Source: Somniosus microcephalus
Taxonomy: Eukaryota
Length of the DNA: 64,000 nucleotides
Assembly: GCA_052327205.1 (NCBI GenBank)
Contig: CM126203.1
Span: forward strand, 94,302,001-94,366,000
Reading direction: 5' to 3'
Made by a program: the position numbers and the translations under genes. A model generated the notes under the pieces. That model saw only the letters and a list, made by a program, of their open reading frames with translations. It was not told the origin of the DNA and did not search any database. Below are positions 11,771 through 23,699 of this stretch, piece after piece; the first letter of the stretch is position 1, and each line of letters opens with the position of its first letter.

Positions 11771-14700
11771 CATCAGTAGAATCTTTTATTTTGTATGAAT
11801 GCACATATCATGCAATGTACCGTACATGTAGAACCTCCAGCAAACCGTTCAAGTGAAGATTTATGTTTAAGAATTTTGCGTATGCATCTATTTTATTTTG
11901 AGGATGTACACGATTAAGTGCCTTAAGAGTACAACTGAAGCTTTCAGTTTGATTTTCTCCTTATGTAAGAACTGTTCATTGAATAAGAGCAGAAGACTGC
12001 AGAAATTTGTTCACGGTGTATGTCTGATTTGACTTTAAGCAACAAAAATTATTTACTAAATCAACACGTGGCGTAATTAACAGTTGGTAGCACTGTATCG
12101 CAGGTGTCCTAAGGCGAGCTCAGGGATGACAGAAATTCCTGTGGAGCAGAATGCTATTCAGCTATCAAAAAATATAAAGGACTTTCTTTCACATTTCTGT
12201 CCTATTTTTCTTAAAAAGAAACAAATGTTGCATTGGTATTTTCCCCCCTTAAGCTTTACGTATAATGTTATAACATTAGCTGCCCTCATTTTGTGTTAAA
12301 TTCACAAAGCTTCCATCTTTGTCCCATGAGGATTCCCCATAGTATGTCTAAGTGCTGTTGTGGTGGGCAAGGGGCAGGAATTAACTGTTTGTGTCTGCTC
12401 CCATTAAAACCATTGTGCTTGACATTAATTGAATTGAGGAATAGTGGACATTTTTAAGTAGTTTCTTGCCAGATTGAGGGTAGGCAAGATAATTGATAGA
12501 AGGCCTCCAATCAAATTACATCAGTACCCTTCAGTCAGTCAGATTAATGTATTCAAATGAGGCAAAATAAAATTCAGACTAGACATTATTGTTGAACAGT
12601 TATTGAATGTGGGAAACACTAAATATTTCACATTTATTCAGTGGTGCAGCCTTCTGCAAACTATTTGCTGGAAGCCCTTTGGATGTATTAATGTAATTCT
12701 ACTATTCTGTAATGATATCACTGAATCTCAAAGTCGATGAATCAAAATTGTGTGTATTGATGAGTTACAGTAATTGGTAGCTGCAAAACTGCCCATTTTG
12801 TAATTAACTATTAAAAAGCGCCCAAAGTTCTGGAAGGTTCCATATCATTTTATGTTGCCAAACTAGTATCCTGTGAGGACCTGCATAATTTTATGTTACA
12901 AACCTATATTTTGAGATTGTGTGGTCAAGGCTAATAAAATGTTTATACAGGGCTTCTGTCTCAGGACTCAGATGACTAAATCCATTTGACCTTCGATGAC
13001 ATGATGTGGGATTAAAATAGACCCTTCAGTTGGATTACAACTTCGTATCCTTAATAGATTTAGTCACAATTCCTTTGGACAGTACTGTGTTCATTTATTA
13101 AATGGAGTACAGAGATTTTTTTTATGGTTCCACTATAAATTTTGGAGCATGATCCTTGAAATAGTGGGGCTATTAGTAACATACAATTAGTAATACAGCA
13201 ATGTAGACTTAACTCTTATTTGCATCAGGCTTTGCTCATGTTTAAGTCACTGGTTATCAGCTGTATATTTGTTCTTTACTGAGCTGTTTTCATAACAAGT
13301 ATTTGTCTCTAACACTTTTTTTATTTGCTTTTGGGCAAGATACGACTTAGTTAAAATATGTGCGTCTTTTGAGAGTTATGTAAGCATTTGGAAGTTATTG
13401 CTTGTGGGCCATTATTATTAATGTGTTTTAACCTTAACAAATGTCTAGATGCAAATTATTGTTGGGACCAATTTATTTTATGTGTTTATTTTACCTTACT
13501 TATTTTCTTTAATCTCAAGATTAGTATATTGATGTCTAGTGACAATTTTTCTTTTTGCAAGATTTATCAATAAAACTAAATGATTCCAGTTAGCTCACAC
13601 AGACTTGATACCAGTATCAAAATGTATTTTTATAGTCTGTTTAGTTTCTTCTGTTAGTTTGCACACAAGCAGATTGATATTCTGAGTTTATAGTTCTTTG
13701 TGATAAGATTGACTAATGCATTCATTATTTTACTTTAAACATTTTAGGTGGAATTTGTGCTTTTTAGAGTTTTACTGTTAAGTAATTTTATGTTAATAGT
13801 TAATTAATTAACCTCTAATTTCCATCTTAATTTAAAACTTTTAGTTAGGCCTCTCGTACCCCACTAAAACGTTATACATTATTGGAAAAAGTTCTGAATA
13901 GCTTTCTTTATGAACTAATGTATTTATTGCAAAAAGAACTATAGTTAATTCAGTATATTTGTTGCAAAATATTAACATAAGATCCTAATTTACTAATTCA
14001 ATGTAATTACTGAGAATATTTTCAACATTTAGCAGTGAAATGTACTCCACATTCTGTGTAGTTGCAAGTGCCTAAAATGTAATTAAGTTAGATATTCTTT
14101 TAAAAACTTGAAGAATTTAGGTTTACACATGTTTACAAATTAGTATTCTGTATATTAAAATCTTTATCGTGTATATGCACAAGTGACTTCCATTTCCCTT
14201 GGATTACAACAGAACAATTGTAATAAGGCAAAAACTTTACAAAATGCATATTTCAATTTTCTTCAGCTAGATTTTATCAAGTTGGCACTGTGGGTCTAAT
14301 TGTGTGCAGAAATCACATTTTCAACAGCATAGTTTTAAATTTGATTTGACGTTCTTGGACTTTAAGCATATTGCAATGTAACATTGACGCATGTAAATAC
14401 CAATACAAACATGATGCAAATGAGCTGTCCTTGTATTTCCCAGCGACGTTAGCTCACTTATGTGCATCCGCGTGCAGCACCTTCATAGCGCTGACACTGT
14501 GTGGGGGATGTGTTATTGGCTCCCATATTTTTCCCATTATAATTTGCAAAAATAAAGTAAAATATGTAATCATTAAATGAACTTAGATGAAAGCTAAACA
14601 GTTATTAATCTGTTTAGAAAAGCACAGTTCAATAATAATGGCCTATAATGCATAGTAGATAACTGGGTGTAATTGCCATAGGTTAATGTTTAATTTTAGG

Positions 14701-15015
14701 TTATTACTATGTGTATTTTTTTGTAAATGCAATTGTAAATGTGTTTGGATGTTTTTGTTGTTTAATACAGAGTTTCTGATGGAGCATGAATGAAAGCTCT
14801 ACATTTTTTATTGTTTTTTGTTAAAATTAACTTGCATGAAAGTATAACTACAAGTAAAATTCCCTTAAAATATGTAGAATGTAAATTTTTCCCTTTTTAA
14901 TAATTGATTTATGAGGTTTCTATGGTTTTTTTTGCATTACGGAAATTTCTGGACAAAGGTGAACTATCTGTGACAATGGAAAGTTGTTTTGGGTCAAAGT
15001 ATATTTAAATAAAAA
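11771..15015 (+). other. SLC10A7: Probable long 3' UTR of SLC10A7
   Basis: About 3.2 kb of AT-rich sequence with no repeat I can recognise, following the stop codon; several AATAAA, the last at 15008-15013 just before repeats resume. The end is inferred. Confidence 0.55.
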
Positions 15016-15729
15016 GAAAAGAAAAACTTGATTGTGTGTATAGAGTGCCTTTTCCCATCTCTCAAATGTCTCAAAGTGCTTCACAAACCATAAAGTGTAG
15101 TAGCTGTTATGTAGGCAAATACAGTAAGATCATTTCAATAACAATGTTTGACCAAAGGGAAGAAATTGCAGGCATAATTTTCACAGATGGCTTTAGCTCT
15201 GTTCAGAACTGTATTTGGAATATATTGGGCCAGATCTTGCTAGAGCTGGGTAGGCCACTGGTTAGATATTTTTCTGCACCCTTCAGCTCAAAATTTTTTT
15301 GCACTGTAACTTGCTGGAAGTGCGAGCTGATAATGAGGGCAACGGACCATCTGGGACCTTGGTGAGCAACGGAACAAACAGTGTATCTCCTTAACCAATG
15401 AGATTTAAGGACTGAGAAATAAACAGGAATGACTGAGAAAGAGGGTGAATTAGAGTCAAATCAGGTACAGACAGAGAAAGAAAGACTGGATTGCACAGTG
15501 TTCAGTTCCATTCGCAACTCCTCAGATAATGAAGCAGCCTGAATGCAGCAAGACCTGGATGACATTCAAGCTTGGGTTGATAAGTGGCAAGTAACATTCG
15601 CGCCACACAAGTGCCAGGCAATGACTATCTCCAACAAGCAAGAGTCTAACCACTGCCCCTTGACATTCAACGGCATTACCATCGCCAAATCCCCCACCAT
15701 CAATATCCTGGGGGGTCACCATTGACCAG

Positions 15730-16009
15730 TGTGGTAAACCACTGTTATAGTTATCACTGTATATTGTTCTCACTGTTCTCACTGTCACATCACTACACGA
15801 GGTCGCCTCTTGTCGCACTGTTATACCTGGGCTGACCACCTCCGACTCCGCCCATTACCTGCCCAGGTATAAAGGTAGCTGACTGGCTAGTATTCCTCCC
15901 TGTTGGATCGGATCACCCACGAGGGTGGGCTCTGTTATTTAGCCAATAAAAACCTTCAGTTACGTTCTTAACTCGTCGCCTTTTATTGGACTAATTGATA
16001 GGCATATCA
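15730..16009 (+). repeat. Gypsy-A 5' LTR
   Basis: TATAAA near 15868, AATAAA at 15945-15950; direct repeat of 20062-20341. Confidence 0.95.
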
Positions 16010-16032
16010 ATTTTATTGACTAAATTTTAAAG

Positions 16033-19000
16033 ATGTCTGATAATGAACAGCAACAGCAAGGAGCTCACCCAGCAGCACAGCAACAGCAGCCTCCAGACAA
16101 CGGGCCACACCAGCCGGCTTGGCTGCAAGCCTTGAAACCACCATACCTGGATCTAAACCCACAGGCACCAAACTCAGCCAACGACTTCAAACACTGGCTG
16201 GACTGCTTCGAATCGTACCTGGAGGAAGCCGTCGTCCCTCAGAGATCCAAACTAAGAGTCCTGAAAGCCCAAGCGAGCCCGAGAGTATATACACTCATCC
16301 AGGACATGACTACGTACGACGACGCCATCAACCTACTGAAACAGCAGTACCGGAGCCCGGTAAACTACATGTACACTAGGCATCTCTTAAGATCTCGCCA
16401 GCAACAGCCAGGAGAATCGATAGCTGAATTTTCACGAGCGCTGAGACAACTCGGCAGGAACTGTGACTTTAAAGCGGTGACGGCTACTGCGAACATGGAA
16501 GACAATGTCCGCGACGCCTTGGTGAGAGGCCTACGTTCCGACTACACACGGCAAAGACTGCTTGAAGCTAAGGACATAGACCTGGACAAGGCCGAAGCCC
16601 TCGCCCTCACCCTAGAGGCCACCCAGCAAGACCAGGAAGCGTTTGCCAGGTACTATTCGCGACCCTGGGACTCGGGCCCGACCCCCACCCCACCACCCTT
16701 CACAGCGCTGCCCCCGGGACCTACCTCAGCGTCTGCATCACGGATCCGACCGGGCCCGCTAGCCCCGGTACCGGCCCCGACATCAGGCAACCCCGATCGG
16801 GCCGCTGGCTGCTTCTTTTGCGGCCAGGAGAAGCATCCGAGGTCGCGCTGCCCAGCCAAAAACTCGACCTGCAAAACCTGCCTCAAGAAAGGCCACTTCT
16901 CCAAGGCCTGCAGAAGCAAATCCTCAGAAGCCAGCAGTGCCTCATGCGAACCCTGGGGGCGGCCATCTTTGTGCGGGGCAGCCGAAGCCTGCAGAGCCTC
17001 ATGGGAAAACCAGGGGCGGCCATCTTTGTGCGGGGCAGCCGAAGCCTGCAGAGCCTCATGGGAAAACCAGGGGCGGCCATCTTTGTGCGGGGCAGCCGAA
17101 GCCTGCAGAGCCTCATGGGAACAGCAGGGGCGGCCATCTTTGTGCGGGGCAAACGATTTAAACAGAGCCTCATGTGAACTACGGGGGCCGCCATCTTCGC
17201 CGCCATCTTGTCATGACAACGACGCGCTCATCTACACCCTAGCTTCCGTGACCCTGGATCAAGCCCGCCCGCACCACCTGGCCAGCTCAATGATGGACAT
17301 CAAAGTCAACGGCCACGCCACGACCTGCCTGTTCGACAGCGGAAGCACGGAGAGCTTCATCCACCCAGACACGGTGAGCCACTACTCCCTCCCCGTCCTG
17401 CCAACGCGCAGCCGCATCTCGATGGCATCGAGGTCGCACGCCACAGACATCAGCGGCTACTGTGTCGTGACATTGTCGGTTAAAGGGACAGAGTATAAAA
17501 ATTTTAAACTCCTCGTACTCCCCCAGCTGTGCGCTGCCGTCATACTAGGGCTGGACTTCCAATCCCACCTCCAAAGTGTAACCCTAGCATACGGTGGACC
17601 CCTCCCCCCACTCACAGTCGACAACCAGCGAAAGTTAAACCGCCCACCGCGTAACACCTGCAGCCTATCCACCCTCAAGGTACCGCCACCTTCCCTGTTC
17701 GCTAACCTCACCCCCGACTGCAAACCTGTCGCTACTAAGAGCAGGCGGTACAGCGCTGGGGACAGAGCCTTCATTAGCTCTGAGGTGCAGCGACTCCTGA
17801 AAGAGGGCATTATTGAGGGGAGCAGCAGCCCCTGGCGTGCCCAGGTGGTGGTAGTCAAGACCGGCGACAAAAATCGCCTGGTTATCGACTACAGCCAGAC
17901 CATAAACAGATACACCCAGCTGGACGCATACCCCCCTCCCCCGCATATCGGACATGGTCAATGAGATTGCACAATACCGCGTATTCTCGACCATCGACCT
18001 CAAGTCGGCCTACCACCAACTCCCCATCAGCCCGGAGGACAGCCAGTACACCGCCTTCGAGGCGAATGGCCGCCTCTACCAATTCCTTAGGGTCCCCTTT
18101 GGTGTCACCAACGGGGTCTCGGTTTTCCAACGGGAGATGGACCGGATGGTTGACCAGAACGGACTACAGGCCACTTTCCCCTATCTCGATAACGTCACCA
18201 TCTGCGGCCGCAACCGGCAGGACCATGACGTGAATCTGGAGAAATTCCTCCGTACGGCCCAACGGCTGAACCTCACCTACAATAAGGAGAAATGCGTGTT
18301 TAACACAGCGCGCCTTGCCATCCTTGGCTGTGTAGTAGAGAACGGAGTCATCGGCCCCGACCCCGAAAGAATGCGCCCCCTCATGGAGCTACCCCTCCCC
18401 CACTGTCCAAAAGCACTTAGGAGAACCCTGGGGCTTTTCGCCTACTATGCCCAATGGGTACCCAATTATGCGGACAAAGCCAGACCCCTCCTGAAAACCA
18501 CATCCTTCCCCCTCACGGAAGAGGCGTGCGCGGCCTTCTCCCTCATTAAGGGAGACATAGCCAAGGCCACAATGCACGCAGTGGATGAGTCAATCCCCTT
18601 CCAAGTGGAGAGCGATGCATCCGACTTCGCCCTAGCCGCTACCCTTAACCAGGAGGGTAGGCCGGTAGCCTTCTTCTCAAGGACCCTACAGGGCCCCGAG
18701 ACCCGACACTCGTCGGTCGAGAAGGAAGCCCAGGCAATTGTGGAGGCAGTACGGCGCTGGAGGCACTACTTGGCAGGCAAACGATTTACCCTCCTCACCG
18801 ACCAACGCTCGGTTGCCTTCATGTTTAATAACAAGCTGAGGGGCAAGATCAAGAACGACAAAATCTTGAGGTGGAGAATCGAGCTTTCCACCTATGATTA
18901 TGAGATCTTGTACCGGCCCGGTAAACTGAACGACCCCCCTGATGCTCTTTCACGCATTACATGCGCCAGCGCGCAAAGTGATAGACTTCAGACCCTCCAC

Positions 19001-20019
19001 AATGACCTCTGCCACCCCGGAGTCACCAGACTCTACCATTTCATTAAGGCCCGCAACCTGCCATACTCCATCGAGGAGGTCAGGACCATGACCAGGAACT
19101 GCCAGATCTGTGCTGAGTGCAAACCGCACTTCTATAAGCCGGACAGAGCAAGCCTGATCAAGGCCACCCGCCCCTTCGAGCGTCTGAGCATCGACTTCCA
19201 AGGGGCCCCTACCGTCATCCGACCGTAATGTGTACTTCCTCAACATCGTTGATGAGTACTCCCGTTTCCCCTTTGCCTTCCCCTGCCCAGACATGACCAG
19301 TAACACGGTCATTAAATGCCTGAACAAACTCTTCGCCTTGTTCGGGTTCCCGAACTATATACATAGTGACCGGGGCGCCTCCTTCATGAGCGAGGAACTC
19401 CGTCAGTTCCTATTGGAGAGGGGTATTGCAGCAAGCAGGACCACCAGCTACAACCCCCGAGGGAACGGCCAGGTGGAAAGAGAGAACGCGACGGTATGGA
19501 AGGCCACCCTCTTTAGCCTTAAAGTCTAAGGGCCTCCCAACCTCCCGCTGGCAAGAGGTCCTCCCGATTGCGCTGCACTCCATCCGGTCACTACTTTGCA
19601 CTGCCATTAACACCACCCCCCATGCTCGAATGTTTGTCTTCCCCAGGAAGTCGACTACGGGAACCACCCTACCAACCTGGCTGACCTCTCCGGGACCCGT
19701 CTTGCTGCGAAAGCACGTGAGGGCCCATAAAACGGACCCCCTGGTCGAGAAGGTGAACCTCCTGCACGCCAACCCCCAGTACGCCTATGTGGCTTAACCA
19801 GACGGACGGGAGGACACTGTCTCCTTACAAGACCTCGCACCCTCACCCCCCCCTCCCAACCCCCCGAGTCCAGCCGAGGTAGACAGCATGCCGGAACCCC
19901 ACGAGCCTTTGCCGACTACGCAGACACCAGCTTTAACACCGGATAATGTAACACCGCCGCTGCGACGATCGGAGAGGCTAACGAAGCCTCCGGACAGACT
20001 GACATACCAGAGCTGGTAA
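16033..20019 (+). pseudogene. Gypsy-A gag-pol (zinc knuckles, protease, RT, RNase H, integrase), disrupted
   Basis: CFFCGQEKHPRSRC and CKTCLKKGHFSKAC knuckles, FDSGS protease, YLDN RT, ESDASD RNase H, HHCC and DDE integrase; frameshifts near 17935, 19200 and 19510 and a TAA at 19795. Confidence 0.93.
16937..17210 (+). repeat. 57-bp in-frame tandem repeat (about 4.5 units) in the gag-protease linker
   Basis: Unit encodes GRPSLCGAAEACRASWENQ. Confidence 0.9.
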
Positions 20020-20061
20020 TACACTTCACCCCGCCGGACTCTAATCTAAACAAGGGGTGAA

Positions 20062-20341
20062 TGTGGTAAACCACTGTTATAGTTATCACTGTATATTGTT
20101 CTCACTGTTCTCACTGTCACATCACTACACGAGGTCGCCTCTTGTCGCACTGTTATACCTGGGCTGACCACCTCCGACTCCGCCCATTACCTGCCCAGGT
20201 ATAAAGGTAGCTGACTGGCTAGTATTCCTTCCTGTTGGATCGGATCACCCACGAGGGTGGGCTCTGTTATTTAGCCAATAAAAACCTTCAGTTACGTTCT
20301 TAACTCGTCGCCTTTTATTGGACTAATTGATAGGCATATCA
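20062..20341 (+). repeat. Gypsy-A 3' LTR
   Basis: Direct repeat of 15730-16009, preceded by the PPT. Confidence 0.95.
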
Positions 20342-22085
20342 ACCAGAAACTTAACTGGACCAGCCACATAAATACTGTGGCTACAAGAGCAGGTCAGAGG
20401 CTGGGTATTCTGCGGCGAGTGTCTCACCTGACTCTCCAAAGCCTTTCCACCATCTACAAGGCACATGTGAGAAGTGTGATGGAATACTCTCCACTTGCCT
20501 GGATGAGTGTAGCTCCAACAACACTCAAGAAGCTTGACACCATCCAGGAAAAAGCAGCCCGCTTGATTGGCACCCCATCCGCCACCTTAAACATTCACTC
20601 CCTCCACCACCAGCATACCGTGGCTGCAGTGTGTACCATCTACAAGATGTACTGCAGCAACTCACCAAGGCTTCTTCGACAGCACTTCCCAAACCCACGA
20701 CCTCTACCACCTAGAAGGACAAGGGCAGCAGACGTGTAGGAACACCATCACCTGCAAATGCCCCATCAAGTTTCACACCATCCTGACCTGGAAATGTATT
20801 GCTGTTCCTTCATCGTCGCTCGGTCAAAATCCTGGAATTCCCTAACAGCACTGTGGGAGTATCTTCACCACAAGAACTGCAGCGGTTCAAGAAGGTGGCT
20901 CACCTTCTCAACGGCAATTAGGGATGGGCAATAAATACTGGCCTTGCCAGCAAATCCCACATCCCAGGAATGAATTAAAAAAATTTGAGGGAGGGGGAAA
21001 AAAGACAGAAAGGAAAAATCAGAAAAGAAAATTCAAATTTTAAATTTAAATAATATCTCAACAATTGACTACATGCAGGAATGAGATTGAACTCTTTAAA
21101 TTGTTCCCTTTCTGGGCCAGAGAGGTCGATTGGCATCGCATTAACAATTATCACATCACGAATAGGGTACTTATGCTCTTAATTGCCAGATTTAACTTTC
21201 TGTGGCGAGTTTAATAATTAATGTGCAAATCCAGCAAGTTCTTTAAAATAATGGGGAAGCTAAGGGCGAGAGTTTGTGTGAAGCAAATGGCGAGTGGGTA
21301 AATCAACCAGCAAGTTCTGGAGATTCAGAACTCACGCCATATCTCTTAATGCCCTGCACTTGCTGGCCGATTTATGCATTGATAGCAGCATGCATCACTA
21401 ACACGCCATTATTTCTCAGCAAGATCCGGCCCATAATGTTTGATTTATACTCTGTATGTAGTGTCCACACCCAAGAGTGGACTGGCTCCCCTGAAAGGGC
21501 GCGAGATTATTCAGGAATTTTACAGAAAAGGGGGGCACCGATAATACAGCGCTATGAACAATTTACAAAGGACACGTGGGAAATCTTCCTATTTCCCATA
21601 TGGCTTGTCCACCCCTGCCCACACCCATGCTAATAAGTAGTTCAGTAGTGGGAGAAAATGGATGAGACCTAAAATTCTATTTTTCTGTGTACTTTTGTAA
21701 GATTTTAACATAAAAAGAAAAAAAAACAAAGACAAAAAAGGTAATTCGGCCCATTCAGTTCATCCCACAAGTATTTCAGCTCCCCCAGTCTAGTATCCAA
21801 CTGCCTTGTGAACGCCCCTAAATGTCTTTTACTCCATAACCTTATCTGGTATATCATTCGAAACATTTTATCACCTTTTGAATAAAACACTTTCAAGAAG
21901 CATTAAATGCTGGAAACACTCAGCAGGTCAAGCAGCATCTGTGGACAGAAGAAATGAGTCGATGGTACAGATGTGAGGACCCTTTGCCAAGACTAGGATA
22001 CCTGACTAGCTGTGTGCTCCAGCATTTTCTGCTTTAGTTTCAGATTTCCAGCATCTGCAGTATTTTGCTTCCTGTTCTTACTTTA

Positions 22086-23500
22086 GAAACATAGAAAAAA
22101 AAATAGGATCAGGAGTAGGCCATTCAATATGATCATGGCTGAGCCTCTATCTCAGTACCATATTCCCGCTCTCTCCCCATACCCCTTGATGCCTTTTGTG
22201 TCTAGAAATCTATCTATCTCCTTCTTAAATATATTCAGTGACTTGGCCTCCACAGCCTTCTGTGGTAGAGAATTCCACAGGTTCACCACCCTCTGAGTGA
22301 AGAAATTTCTCCTCATCTCAGTCCTAAATGTCCTACCTCGTATCCTGAGACTGTGACCCCTCATTCTAGACCCCCCAGCCAAGGGAAACATCCTCTCTGC
22401 ATCCAGTCTGTCCAGCCCTGTCAGAATTTTATACAGGCCTAGTCGACCCAATCTCTCCTCATACGACAGCCCTGCCATCCCAGGAATCAGTCTGGTGAAC
22501 CTTTGCTGTACTCCCTCTATGGCAAGTATATCCTTTCTTAGACCAAAACTGCACACACTACTCCAGGTGTGGTCTCACCAAGGCCCTGTACAACTGTAGT
22601 AAGACATCCTTGCTCCTGTACTCAAATCGTCTTGCAATGAAGGCCAACATACCATTTGCCTTCCTAACTGCTTGCTGCACCTGCATGTTTGCTTTCAGTG
22701 ACTGGTGTACAAGGACACCCAGGACCCTTTCTACATCAGCATTTCCCAATCTAGCACCATTTAAATAAATCTCTACCTTTCTGTTTTTCCTACTGAAGTG
22801 GATAACTTCACATTTATCTATGTTATACTGCATCTGCATGTATTTGCCCACTCACTCAACTTGTCTAAATCGGCTCGAAGCCTCTTTGCATCCTCCTCAC
22901 AACTCACAATCCCACCTAGTTTTGTGTCATCAGCAAACTTGGAAATATTACATTTGGTTCCCTCATCCAAATCATTGACATATATATATATTGTGAATAG
23001 CTGGGGCCCAAGCACTGATCCCTGCAGTACCCCACTAGTCACCGCCTGCCACCCCAAAAAAGACCCATTTATTCCTACTCTCCGTTTCCTGTCTGTTAAC
23101 CAATTTTCAATCCATATCAGTATATTACCCCCAATCCCATGTGCTTTAATTTTGCACACTAACCTCTTATGTAGGACTTTATCAAAGGCCTTCTGAAAAT
23201 CCAAATACACCACATCCACTGGTTCTCCCTTATCTATTCTATCAGTTACATCCTCAAAAAACTCCAGTAGGTTTGTCAAACACGATTTCCCTTTCATAAA
23301 TCCATGTTGACTTTGTCTAATCCCGTTGATATTTTCTAAGTGTCCTGTTATCGCATCCTTTATAATTGACTCTAGCATTTTCTCTACTACTGATGCTAGG
23401 TAGTTTCCTGTTTTCTCTCTCCCTTTTTTAAATAGTGTGGTTACATTTGCTACCCTCCAATCTGCAGGAACGGGTCCATAATCTATAGAATTTTAAAGAT
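22086..23500 (-). mobile_element. 5'-truncated CR1 LINE, degenerate RT
   Basis: ORFs 22818-23378, 22558-22851 and 22152-22556 (QHGFMKGKSCLTNL, KFADDTK, FFTQRVVNLWNSLP). Confidence 0.92.
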
Positions 23501-23569
23501 CTGTTTTATGTTTGCCTTTTACTAATTCACATTTATATCCTCTTATTCTCTAGCCTAATTGACAAAGTA

Positions 23570-23680
23570 CATTGGAACAAGAGTAGGCCATTTAGCCCCT
23601 CGAGCCTGTTCTGCCATTCAATGAGATCATGGCTGATCTGTGACCTAACTCCATGTACCTGCCTTTGCCCCATATCCCTG
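23570..23680 (-). mobile_element. CR1 3' tail fragment
   Basis: gagtaggccatttagcccctcgagcctg..gagatcatggctgatc tail motif. Confidence 0.7.
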
Positions 23681-23699
23681 TCATGTAGAACTAGGGGGC

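Larger units (their letters stand above)
15730..20341 (+). mobile_element. Gypsy-A: full-length Ty3/Gypsy LTR retrotransposon
   Basis: 280-bp TG..CA LTRs at 15730-16009 and 20062-20341 (1 mismatch seen); 5-bp TSD ACCAG at 15725-15729 and 20342-20346; PPT aaggggtgaa at 20052-20061. Confidence 0.97.
15495..20980 (+). mobile_element. CR1-group (L2/Crack-like) LINE 3' portion, interrupted by Gypsy-A
   Basis: QQDLDDIQAWVDKWQVTFAPHKC (15543-) resumes after the LTR element as ATRAGQRLGILRRV..VRSVMEYSPLAW (20377-); same family as 50035-56885. Confidence 0.88.
15227..21432. mobile_element. Non-autonomous TIR element split by a nested LINE and Gypsy
   Basis: TIRs gggccagatcttgct (15227) and agcaagatccggccc (ends 21432), 14/15 match; interior resembles the opposite-orientation copy at about 41865-42580. 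Confidence 0.65.

Noticed and set aside
16937-17210. CRISPR-like array
   Set aside because: Units are contiguous with no unique spacers, in frame within gag, in a eukaryotic context.
17925-17960. Programmed ribosomal frameshift in Gypsy-A
   Set aside because: The shift lies inside RT (YPLPRI motif) at a C-run, and Gypsy-B is continuous there; it is a mutation or sequencing error.
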